Assembly: GCA_963711495.1 (NCBI GenBank)
Contig: CAVQEK010000007.1
Span: 94,970-158,969 of the forward strand
Reading direction: 5' to 3'
From: an uncultured Cytophagales bacterium
Lineage (GTDB): Bacteria; Bacteroidota; Bacteroidia; Cytophagales; Cyclobacteriaceae
DNA length: 64,000 nucleotides
Shown: positions 27,981-36,369 of the stretch, piece after piece
How positions within the stretch are numbered: the stretch's first letter is position 1
How the letters are laid out: the number at the start of each line of letters is the position of its first letter
Notes under the pieces: generated by a model
What the model was told of the DNA's origin: nothing
Seen by the model: only the letters and a program-made list of their open reading frames with translations
The model's database searches: none
Program-made: the position numbers and the translations under genes

Positions 27981-29906
27981 TTATTTAAACGGCGTGGCCA
28001 GGTATCCCTCGATATCCGTCCAGTGCCGCAGCATGATCTTCCTTTTGGACTTAAGCTGCCCGATTAGGTCCGGACCGAGCAAAAATGTATCCTCATACTT
28101 CGGGTCTTTGGCATGGGCAATGAATTCCATCCCGCCATCTTCCAGCACATCGATCAGATCCTGGGTATTGTCCAACTCATCCCGCATCACAGCATTAAAT
28201 GCCTGCAAGTCGGGATCACCCTCCCAGGTGGGGCTTTTATCAGGCCGGTGAGGGGGCATGCTGAGTTTGTCGGCATTGCGGTCCCGAATCGCTTGTGCCT
28301 CGGCAAAATTTCCGATGGTCCGGAAAATACTGCTGTGGATCTTCAGGGCTGTCGCCAGATGTTGAAGAAAAGCCTTTTCCGGGGCATTCTCACTGGCTTT
28401 TTCTATCAAATCGATCGTCCGGTTGATCTTTGAGGTGTAATTACCTGCTGCTCCGGAAGCGAGGGTCCGGTGGGCGCCATGAATGTCGGTGAAATCCATC
28501 CGCGCCTCCTTTTCGGACGGATTGAATACATATGGCAGAAAATAAGCTTCTTCCTCCGGGGACAACCTGTCCGGGGCAATAACAAGCGGCCTGGTGATCT
28601 GCCGTTCGGACACGCCCCAATAGATCCCGGATGCGCCACCCAACGCTGTGCTTCTGTACTGATCGGCCTCCTCCAGGATCTGAAAAGCCTTAAACAACGG
28701 ATCGGCCCCTTCTTCGCCCCCCCAATCATGGCAAAGTTGTTTCAATTGCTCCAATTCTGCGATCACTCCTTCATCACCAGGATGTTTCAAATTCGCCACC
28801 AACAGGTCGAGATATTTGTCTGTCGTCGCAAGCGGCTCATATCCCCTGTCATAGGAAGCCCTGAAATTGATGAAGATCGTATTGGCCGGTTCATCTTTGA
28901 TGGAATTGACATTCCTGATGATCTCCAACGGGTCGAACAATCCGCGCACAGGATAGTTACCCAAGATCATGCTGTTTATTCCCTGTACAATGTCCGACCG
29001 GTGACCCTGGAAATAACATCCTTCCGGAAGATGCTGATAAATATCCTTCATTTCTTCGTCGGAAAACATAGATCCTACCAGGTAAATAGAAATATCCCGG
29101 CCGGCTTCCGCAGCGCCTGCTTTAAAAGTATTCATCAGCGTTTCGACCCGCTCTCCCATGCTCTTGTTTTTGCAATGTGCCGGGCCATTGGGGCCGACAT
29201 ACTGCCAGTCGGACCAGCAGATCCCTGAACCGGCGTCATTAGTCTTAAAAAAGAAGGTATGTATCTCCGGCACATTCTTCAGCAATTCGGCTACCATGTT
29301 ACGGTACATTTCCTGGGTTTCTTTCACACTGACGCAGGGCGCAAATGCCGGATGATTCCCGCGCCTGGGGTGATCAACCCTCGGTCCGCGCAGATGGGGA
29401 TATTTTTCAAAGAATGCGTCGGGCAGAAAATTGGGTTCATAACTCCAAAAGGCGGCGTCCAGTCCGTATTCGCGCAAGATCTTTGCTTTCGCCAGCAGCA
29501 GTTCGCGGTTTTTCTTCACAAAATCAGCCGGAATGAACGGGGCAATTTTAGGATCAGGGAAAAACTTATAGGGCGTAGGATTATAACTCGCGTACTCATA
29601 CCAGGAATTTCTCCCCTCGGGGATCTCATAAAAACCTTTTTCCGCCAAAGTACTGATGTTGATCTCGACCCGGCCGAATGGTTTCAGCCGGGAGGCCTGC
29701 TTGGCCAACGCCCGGAATTCATCCAGGTCTTTGATTGGCGCATGGATCACAAATACTTTCTCTTTGCTTTTCCCCGGGTCGTGAACCGCTTTTTCTTTTC
29801 CTTCATTGTTCTCATCTGCCTTCCCGATATTGATTGATGTCAATAAAAGCAAGCATGCCAATAAGAAACGCATTTTCCTCACATCATTTCTAATCATATC
29901 CTCCAA
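27981..29906 (-). CDS. Secreted protein of unassigned family (family-A copy 1; TIM-barrel-like N-half, helical C-half)
   Basis: 641-aa ORF. The probable start is MRFLLACLLLL at 29873. It shows strong, colinear similarity to 54981-56972 (for example YPHLRGPRVDHPRRGNHPAFAPCVSVKETQEMY...EIHTFFFKTNDAGSGICWSDWQYVGPNGPAHCKN). I recognise no catalytic signature. Confidence 0.7.
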   Translation of the reverse strand: MEDMIRNDVRKMRFLLACLLLLTSINIGKADENNEGKEKAVHDPGKSKEKVFVIHAPIKDLDEFRALAKQASRLKPFGRVEINISTLAEKGFYEIPEGRNSWYEYASYNPTPYKFFPDPKIAPFIPADFVKKNRELLLAKAKILREYGLDAAFWSYEPNFLPDAFFEKYPHLRGPRVDHPRRGNHPAFAPCVSVKETQEMYRNMVAELLKNVPEIHTFFFKTNDAGSGICWSDWQYVGPNGPAHCKNKSMGERVETLMNTFKAGAAEAGRDISIYLVGSMFSDEEMKDIYQHLPEGCYFQGHRSDIVQGINSMILGNYPVRGLFDPLEIIRNVNSIKDEPANTIFINFRASYDRGYEPLATTDKYLDLLVANLKHPGDEGVIAELEQLKQLCHDWGGEEGADPLFKAFQILEEADQYRSTALGGASGIYWGVSERQITRPLVIAPDRLSPEEEAYFLPYVFNPSEKEARMDFTDIHGAHRTLASGAAGNYTSKINRTIDLIEKASENAPEKAFLQHLATALKIHSSIFRTIGNFAEAQAIRDRNADKLSMPPHRPDKSPTWEGDPDLQAFNAVMRDELDNTQDLIDVLEDGGMEFIAHAKDPKYEDTFLLGPDLIGQLKSKRKIMLRHWTDIEGYLATPFK

Positions 29907-29933
29907 AATTAAGATCTCAATATTTCCATCTGT

Positions 29934-32573
29934 TTATTTCCCGTGTCCCTTTACATGGATTACCGCCGGTACACTTTCATTCCACCGGTTGTCGACGGCA
30001 ACTACTTTATAAAACAGGTCGCTTTGCCTTTCTGGCGGTACATCATTCACCGATGTTTTCATGACCGATCTGATCAACGTTTCGTTGCCACATTCGTCGT
30101 TGGCAGTCTTTCCGCAATAAATGGAATAATGATGCAGATCAGGGGCCGGTGAAGGTGTCCAGGAAAGGGTAATCCGGTCCCCGTTGACCGTGGCGTGAAG
30201 ACCTTTTACCTCCCCGGGAGCAATGCCGTCGCCGGGATACGGTGCCTCGGGTGTAAATTCATCCGTCGTAAATAGCAGCATATCCAATTTCAAATCGTCA
30301 TCTCCGGAAGACAATTCAATAGTTTTCTGTTGGCCATCTGGATTAAAAACACCCAGGCTCATCCATTTCCAGTCCTGCGATTGGACCGGAAACGCGTTGG
30401 CTCCAACAGACCAGGAACCAGTACCTTTGACACTACCCCATATAAAATAATGTCCCGCAGGCATCCCATCCAAGGGGATGTTGACCACTCCTTTCGACGC
30501 CGTTTCTGCAGTTGATTCCGCGTTGATGCGGACGCACTGAAATCCATTGGCGTACCCGTCAAAGAACCGTCTTGCCGGCGGGGTCAATGCCATGTCCTCG
30601 GCCTCGAAATAAAAGGACCTTGCACCTTCGGTCGAGACTTCACATGAAAAATCGCTTTCCAATCCGGAATGCTCCACCGACGCAATGGCGTAATACTTCC
30701 ACCGGCCATCAATCTTTGCCCGAATTTCCGTTAAAGGTTTTTCATTAAGCCGGACAAAGTCCCGGCCGCTGCTGTCTGAACCATAGATGTTGTAACCCGC
30801 AATCTCCCGGTGTCGCTTGGGCTGATCCCAGGTGATCAGTGCTCCATCGAGCGTTACATTGACCGGTGCGTCGGGTCGGCGGGTGTATACCATCTGGAGT
30901 TCTGTGCTGCCGATGGCATTTTCGTTATAAATCAGCTTGGTGTAATCCGGACTGGGGCGGCTGTAGGTGGTCGACGTCCAGGAAAATTTGGTAAAATACC
31001 GGGCCACCCGCATCACTGCCCCCGGATCTTTCGAAGAGATCATCAGATGTTGATGATCGACATCCACCCGGGTCCCGTTGGTGAAGACATACTGGTTGTC
31101 GGCGGTGAGCCTGCCGTAATCGGTGACAATGTCATTCTTCCAATTTGCCCAGACCGAAATTTTATCGCCCGGCGTAAATGTATCACCGATGTCTCCCGGG
31201 ACAAAAACATTCAGGTGCCCCCCGAAGTTGGCGACCATTCCGTTTGGTCCATGACTGGCGTGCCCGGCGCTGAATCCCGGCACAAGCCCTTTTTCTCCGA
31301 TGTCCAGGTTCATCCACCACACCTCATAGGTGTAACAATTGGCCCAGCGAATAATGTTGTCGTTGCCGCCCACACTGGCGTCTTTCAAGCGGGTAGGCAA
31401 ATTAATATACCGAGCCTTCTTGTTTTTAACATCGATGATGTACAGGTGCGGCGTTTCACGGAACGCCACCACAATGTTACCCAGCGGCGTAAACCGTTTA
31501 AATTCGATGTATGAGCCCACTTCAGGAACCGAAAATGCAGCAATAGGTGTTTCTTCTCCCGTGATCCTGTTCCACGAGAACACCGAAAACCGAAGCCCGT
31601 TCCTTTTCATCAGGTATAAGACATCGGGGTCATTTTCGCTCCACATCCTCCAACCGGCATCTTTCGGTCCGGCAATCACCCTTCCCTCTCCGGGTATGCA
31701 GATGGGAATACCGCCAATTTTCCGGCTACTTTCAAATTTTATGGCTGCGCCGTCTGCCGACCAGATGCCCCCTTCACCAAAATAATCATCACCCGGAGTT
31801 GCCGTGAGACGGGTGGTGATCCCACCGGTGGCATCATCCCTGAAAATCGCCATCTCTTCGCCATCTATAACCGGAACCAGGATATTTTCCCGCTTCTTCA
31901 AAGCTTCCAGCCCATGATATGGCCTGGGTCCCAGGTGCTCTTCCCGGATGGTAAGCCCGCTGCCGATCAATTTTTCCTGTTCCTCCTTGCTGAGTTCAGA
32001 AGCAAACTTGAGATCGTCCAGGGTCAGGTGGGTATGGTTGTCCTGAAGATCGATCCCAAAATTAACCCGCCGTTTTCCCCTGATCCGGTCGTCATCGTAA
32101 TCTTTTAAGTCAATGACCGTAAGCCCGGTGGTGTATCCCAGCTTCGTCGTGAACCCGTTGATATCAAAAAAACTGCTGGAACCTTTTTCCCGCACATCCA
32201 ACACCACATAGTGATACCAGTCTAGGTCCACCACGCCATAATCCTTCCTCAGGTTGGTGGACGTGTCCTCTGTGGATTCAATCCAGGGCCATTTTTCTGC
32301 GGCTTCTTCCAATGTTCTGAATTTATGATGGATGATCAGCACCCCATCCTTCGATTCCATCTTCAACGCCGGAAGAATCGTGTCTCCCCTCGGGTTGATT
32401 TCCCGCCATCCCTCCACTGTGGTAAAGTCATCGTGCAAACCAATCTTTTTACCGTCAGACTGACAGGAAATGCATAACACGATCAGACACACCAAAAAAA
32501 TTGCCGGGGTTAGCCGCATTGTCGATGTGGTTGATTTCAGCAAGCCCATATCACCACTATCAATTATCCTCAT
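29934..32573 (-). CDS. Multidomain secreted lipoprotein: N-terminal jelly-roll-like domain, Ogl/PL22-like beta-propeller, Fn3, CBM-like domain, Fn3
   Basis: 879-aa ORF. The probable start is MRLTPAIFLVCLIVLCISC at 32519. The propeller entry FRDDATGGITTRLTATPGDD...SADGAAIKFES and exit YSRPSPDYTKLIYNENAIGSTELQMVY resemble oligogalacturonate lyase. Fn3-like segments are present (ITWDQPKRHREIAGYNIYG; ITLSWTPSPAPDLHHYSIYCG), and a CBM-like block reads FYFEAEDMALTPP...LLFTTD. Confidence 0.6.
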   Translation of the reverse strand: MRIIDSGDMGLLKSTTSTMRLTPAIFLVCLIVLCISCQSDGKKIGLHDDFTTVEGWREINPRGDTILPALKMESKDGVLIIHHKFRTLEEAAEKWPWIESTEDTSTNLRKDYGVVDLDWYHYVVLDVREKGSSSFFDINGFTTKLGYTTGLTVIDLKDYDDDRIRGKRRVNFGIDLQDNHTHLTLDDLKFASELSKEEQEKLIGSGLTIREEHLGPRPYHGLEALKKRENILVPVIDGEEMAIFRDDATGGITTRLTATPGDDYFGEGGIWSADGAAIKFESSRKIGGIPICIPGEGRVIAGPKDAGWRMWSENDPDVLYLMKRNGLRFSVFSWNRITGEETPIAAFSVPEVGSYIEFKRFTPLGNIVVAFRETPHLYIIDVKNKKARYINLPTRLKDASVGGNDNIIRWANCYTYEVWWMNLDIGEKGLVPGFSAGHASHGPNGMVANFGGHLNVFVPGDIGDTFTPGDKISVWANWKNDIVTDYGRLTADNQYVFTNGTRVDVDHQHLMISSKDPGAVMRVARYFTKFSWTSTTYSRPSPDYTKLIYNENAIGSTELQMVYTRRPDAPVNVTLDGALITWDQPKRHREIAGYNIYGSDSSGRDFVRLNEKPLTEIRAKIDGRWKYYAIASVEHSGLESDFSCEVSTEGARSFYFEAEDMALTPPARRFFDGYANGFQCVRINAESTAETASKGVVNIPLDGMPAGHYFIWGSVKGTGSWSVGANAFPVQSQDWKWMSLGVFNPDGQQKTIELSSGDDDLKLDMLLFTTDEFTPEAPYPGDGIAPGEVKGLHATVNGDRITLSWTPSPAPDLHHYSIYCGKTANDECGNETLIRSVMKTSVNDVPPERQSDLFYKVVAVDNRWNESVPAVIHVKGHGK

Positions 32574-34425
32574 CTTTTCCCACGGTGATGGTAAAGGTCC
32601 CCCAGGTCACATTTCTTTTGATCGCCTTCCACTCCTTCACTTCATAATTGGCCAAAAACCTGATCTTGTGTCCGATAGGACAGTCCTTGGAAATATGCAC
32701 GATGGAAGAAACCGCATAGCCGTCACCCCACTTGTCGGGTTGCAGGTCCACATGGATGCGCTCGGAATCGATATATGGATCGTCGTAATAAAGCCGCGTG
32801 CGGTGACTTACCTCATAGACCATGATCCACTCTCCAGGCTCAGCAATATTATTCCCATTGCCACTCCCGAAGATCTCGCTGTCGCCATCATCAATTCCGA
32901 TGTGCGTAAATTGAGGAACGTCATAAAATACCGGGGCATCGAACTCATCATTCCAGGTATTCTGTTTTTTGTCCGTCACGGCAACCTGAAACCTGACCCT
33001 GAACGGCGAACCATCCTTGGTAGGCTCATTGGACGCGGTCACTTCAATATCAGTCGCTACCCAGCTATCTCCGCACGAAGGGATATCATCGATGGTGATG
33101 GTAGGATTTGCAATGGATACACCGTCAGCCAGGGTGGTCAAAGTCACCTTCAACCCTTTGGCCACTGCACCGCCGCGATTCAGGAGATGGAGCTTGAGGT
33201 TACATTCCTTTTTATGATCCAGGAAGGTCCCTTCTCCATTTACCTGATATCCAATAACCACGATCTCCGCCGGATCGTTTTTTCTAAAAATACCGATCTG
33301 GTGCGGCTCATGATCGACATCAAAATTTATCTTCCCTTCCGCATCACTCTTTACGGTTGACACTTCCTTTTTATTGAGTGATTCGTTGTAATCCAATAGA
33401 CTGTATGAAGCATTAGGGTGGTAAATTGCCGGGGTTTTAACGTTGATCTTCACGCCGGGGATGGTGCGGCCATGGGGCTCCCATTTTCTTGTGGTGATCC
33501 CCATGCCCCCTTTTGTCACGCCGTGCATGTCAATAAAGCCGGGTTCATCGAGGTTGCTTCGCACTTCATAGCCCCAGACATCAAAATTGGGATAAAGATC
33601 GGCATGATCCCACCGTTTCGGCTCCGGCAGTGGATCTTTAAACGCCCGGATCACAAAGTTGAATGCATCGGTAAGCTCTTCGGCAGTCAAATGATGCCCG
33701 CCCTCATAAATTTTATATTCAAAAGACAGATCACCTTCATGCAAAGCTCCCTGGTACACTTCGTTGTTCAGGTAAACCAGTTCGCCGTTGGTGCTGTTGT
33801 CAAACCTAAGCTTTACGCCGTGAAGATTCTTGAAGAAATAGCGAACACTATACAGTGTATGGTTATCAGGATACCCGATGAAAAATTCGGGAGATCCCTT
33901 AGAACTTACCGCTGCGCCGACTAACTGCGGATATTTCCCGGCCAGGTAAAAAGACATGATCCCTCCCATGCTGTGTCCGATAATTGCCCGGTGCGCCCGG
34001 TCGTTCAATGTCCGGTAGGTAGAGTCAATATGCGCTACAAATTCAAGAAAGTAATCCTTGAACTGCACCTGATAGTTGATGTTGGAATGAAAACCAACGT
34101 TATAGGGCCGAACATCGGACTCGACGGAACGGCCGTTCCAGGCCACCATGATCACCGAATTTTCCTTTGCCAACCGGGCCATCGTATCGGATAAGGGATT
34201 TTGATGGGTTCCTTTGTTGCCATGGAAAAAATAGATCACCGGATATCTTTTATTGGACGTTTCATAATCATCCGGCAAAAATATTCGATAGGGCTTTTCC
34301 CTGTTGAACACCTTGCTAAAATGAACTTTGTCTTGCTGTGCCAAAGATCCGGATGAAAGCCCTACCGTCACCATTAATACCAATGCGGCCACTTTCATCA
34401 GGTTGTTTACCATCAATTTTTTCAT
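32560..34425 (-). CDS. Secreted alpha/beta-hydrolase esterase (CE1 / esterase-D-like) with a beta-rich C-terminal extension; first gene of the operon
   Basis: 621-aa ORF with a signal peptide. It has YRIFLPDDYETSNKRYPVIYFFHGN, the nucleophile elbow AIIGHSMGGIMSF and EGGHH. It is a paralogue of 23685-25928. Confidence 0.7.
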   Translation of the reverse strand: MKKLMVNNLMKVAALVLMVTVGLSSGSLAQQDKVHFSKVFNREKPYRIFLPDDYETSNKRYPVIYFFHGNKGTHQNPLSDTMARLAKENSVIMVAWNGRSVESDVRPYNVGFHSNINYQVQFKDYFLEFVAHIDSTYRTLNDRAHRAIIGHSMGGIMSFYLAGKYPQLVGAAVSSKGSPEFFIGYPDNHTLYSVRYFFKNLHGVKLRFDNSTNGELVYLNNEVYQGALHEGDLSFEYKIYEGGHHLTAEELTDAFNFVIRAFKDPLPEPKRWDHADLYPNFDVWGYEVRSNLDEPGFIDMHGVTKGGMGITTRKWEPHGRTIPGVKINVKTPAIYHPNASYSLLDYNESLNKKEVSTVKSDAEGKINFDVDHEPHQIGIFRKNDPAEIVVIGYQVNGEGTFLDHKKECNLKLHLLNRGGAVAKGLKVTLTTLADGVSIANPTITIDDIPSCGDSWVATDIEVTASNEPTKDGSPFRVRFQVAVTDKKQNTWNDEFDAPVFYDVPQFTHIGIDDGDSEIFGSGNGNNIAEPGEWIMVYEVSHRTRLYYDDPYIDSERIHVDLQPDKWGDGYAVSSIVHISKDCPIGHKIRFLANYEVKEWKAIKRNVTWGTFTITVGKDEDN

Positions 34426-35045
34426 TGCACTGTTTGTTTATTCAATATTCTTAGATCACCATATATTCGCCTAAGCCAAAAGCCTCGATTCCACTGCATC
34501 AGGCTATCCGGACATTTCATCACAAAATTTCTTCCGTATCAAAAAATGTTGTTCAGGAACACTCAAATAATCCGCTCCTATGCCGCTATTGTGAATCGCT
34601 CACTAACTGCGCTACCGCGTAGCCAGTGCCAAGCCTCAAATCCACTGCTAAAAACCTCATTGACCATATCTGTTTACATATGTATCGGGCTCACTCAATG
34701 CCGGGATGCTGGTTGTTGTGTCCGGTTGTATTTAAAAACAAATTCGAATTTGCAGTATACTAAAAAATAACGTTTTGAAACAATAAAATTAATAATTAAA
34801 ATGAAATATAAAACATTTGGGGTCCATTGGGATGATATTTTTACCAATAAAGTCATATACGGTACCAAAAAGTTAATAATTACTTTCAATTAGAGGAATA
34901 TTGTTTTATAATTACTTTTGAATTGACTCCATATTAACCATTTATCAATATATTATATTTCGTTGTCTTACATTCTTGGAATTTTACCCGGAGAATAATA
35001 GACATAGACTTGTAGAAAATTCAATCACCAACAGCATTAGTCATT

Positions 35046-36038
35046 ATGATGTTTTCATTCATTACAAAAACCCCCAGAAGCATCCGTTCGATCACCCTTG
35101 GACTTATGAGGCTTCTCCTTTTTGGCCTCCTGCTCCCGGTTGCTTGTAGCCCTCAGAAGAAATCACCTTTTACTTTTAAAAGAAATGATCAAGGGATCGA
35201 AGTGAAGGAAAACGGGAAGCCGGTATTCTTTTATCAGAAAGAACCAAAATCGCTTGATGGAAAATATGTATGCGATAATTACCTGCATCCGCTGTACAGT
35301 TTGAGCGGAGACACTCTCACGGAAGAGTTTCCCGCCGACCATCCCTACCACCGGGGTATTTTCTGGGCCTGGCACCAGGTCCATATCGACAATAAAAGTG
35401 TCGGTGATGGCTGGGTTATGGAAAACATTGAACAAAAGGTTGTGGATGTGCAAACGGTCATTAATGATCACGTCGGCCAACTCGAAATAAATGCGCTGTG
35501 GAAATCCCCACTGTACGAAAACAAGAAACCGTTTATTGCCGAACACACCACCATATCGCTCCATCCTCTTGAAGACAGCGTACGCAAAATCGATTTTGCC
35601 ATCCGCCTGAAGGCGCTCGTTCCTCACGTTGAAATCGGCGGCGCCGACGACGAGAAAGGTTATGGAGGATTGTGTGCCAGGATCAGGCTGCCGGAGGATA
35701 TAATTTTTACATCTGCAAATGGAATGGTTACTCCGCAGACATATCAGGTGAAAGCCGGACCATGGATGGATTTTTCCGCTTCGTATGGAAAAAACAATGA
35801 AATGGAAGGGATTGCCATACTTTGTCACCCAAAAACTCCAAATTATCCAGCACCATGGATCCTGCGCGCTGAAAAAAGCATGCAGAATATCGTGTTTCCG
35901 GGAAGGGACCGGGTCACGTTGCCAACGGAAGGGTTCATCATTTTGTACTACAGGTTGATTGTCCACAGCGGAAATGCTGATGACCTCAATCTATCCAAAC
36001 TGCAATTAGAATATGCAGAAAAGAAAATAACAAAGTGA
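35046..36038 (+). CDS. PmoA-like / DUF6807-family protein (secreted)
   Basis: 330-aa ORF with a signal/lipobox (LLLPVACS). The family hallmark NYLHPLYSLSGDTLTEEFPADHPYHRGIFWAWHQV is followed by LCHPKTPNYPAPW. Confidence 0.6.
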   Translation: MMFSFITKTPRSIRSITLGLMRLLLFGLLLPVACSPQKKSPFTFKRNDQGIEVKENGKPVFFYQKEPKSLDGKYVCDNYLHPLYSLSGDTLTEEFPADHPYHRGIFWAWHQVHIDNKSVGDGWVMENIEQKVVDVQTVINDHVGQLEINALWKSPLYENKKPFIAEHTTISLHPLEDSVRKIDFAIRLKALVPHVEIGGADDEKGYGGLCARIRLPEDIIFTSANGMVTPQTYQVKAGPWMDFSASYGKNNEMEGIAILCHPKTPNYPAPWILRAEKSMQNIVFPGRDRVTLPTEGFIILYYRLIVHSGNADDLNLSKLQLEYAEKKITK

Positions 36039-36369
36039 TGATCTTTAAAAGATTTGGATACCCGCTCAGAACGATATGGCTCTTTGTTGCCAGAGGAATT
36101 TGCATTTTGATTCGGTCCATCAATAACTCTTGTTAGGATTAATGTCATTTAATGGCACCACCATCCAGTACTCTAATGCCACTTTCAAACACCTGATAAA
36201 GCTGTTTAGCAGATGTCCGACTTTTAGCCCAAAAATGCGGTAGAAAGACCTGTCACAAAACCGCCAATAATAATCACATTCAAATCCGTTTTTTCCTGAG
36301 CCTGCTTTCTTTTATTTAGACATTTACCACCATAAAATGGTCAAATATTCATTTGCTCACATTCACCTT

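Noticed and set aside
29158-29355. A small antisense ORF that is 'conserved' with another at 56191-56406 (both contain SDQQ-PEPASLVLKKKV-ISG-FF).
   Set aside because: The conservation simply reflects the highly conserved FFFKTNDAGSG-CWSDW coding block of the two family-A paralogues on the opposite strand. It is not evidence for an independent gene.
32560-32573. A 14-nt overlap between the esterase stop and the annotated start of the 879-aa ORF.
   Set aside because: The first 18 codons of the 879-aa ORF precede an obvious lipoprotein signal (MRLTPAIFLVCLIVLCISC, ATG at 32519). Using that start removes the overlap.
34775-34790. AATAACGTTTTGAAA, which contains the AACGTT core of the LacI-type operator.
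   Set aside because: The flanks are not palindromic (about 3 of 7 arm positions pair). It is probably a chance occurrence in AT-rich sequence.
34913-34920. TACTTTTG, a match to the Bacteroidota -7 promoter consensus TAnnTTTG, 126 nt upstream of the PmoA-like gene.
   Set aside because: The 8-mer is expected by chance in AT-rich intergenic DNA. Without transcription start data I cannot support a promoter call.
35163-35966. 267-aa minus-strand ORF.
   Set aside because: It is antisense to the PmoA-like/DUF6807 gene, which has a signal peptide and the family hallmark motif. The antisense product has no recognisable features.
36210-36323. A minus-strand stretch translating to KRKQAQEKTDLNVIIIGGFVTGLSTAFLG*, resembling the GxGxxG N-terminus of an FAD-dependent oxidoreductase.
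   Set aside because: There are only about 30 residues, the ATG is out of frame and a stop follows immediately. This is too short to support even a pseudogene call without a database search.
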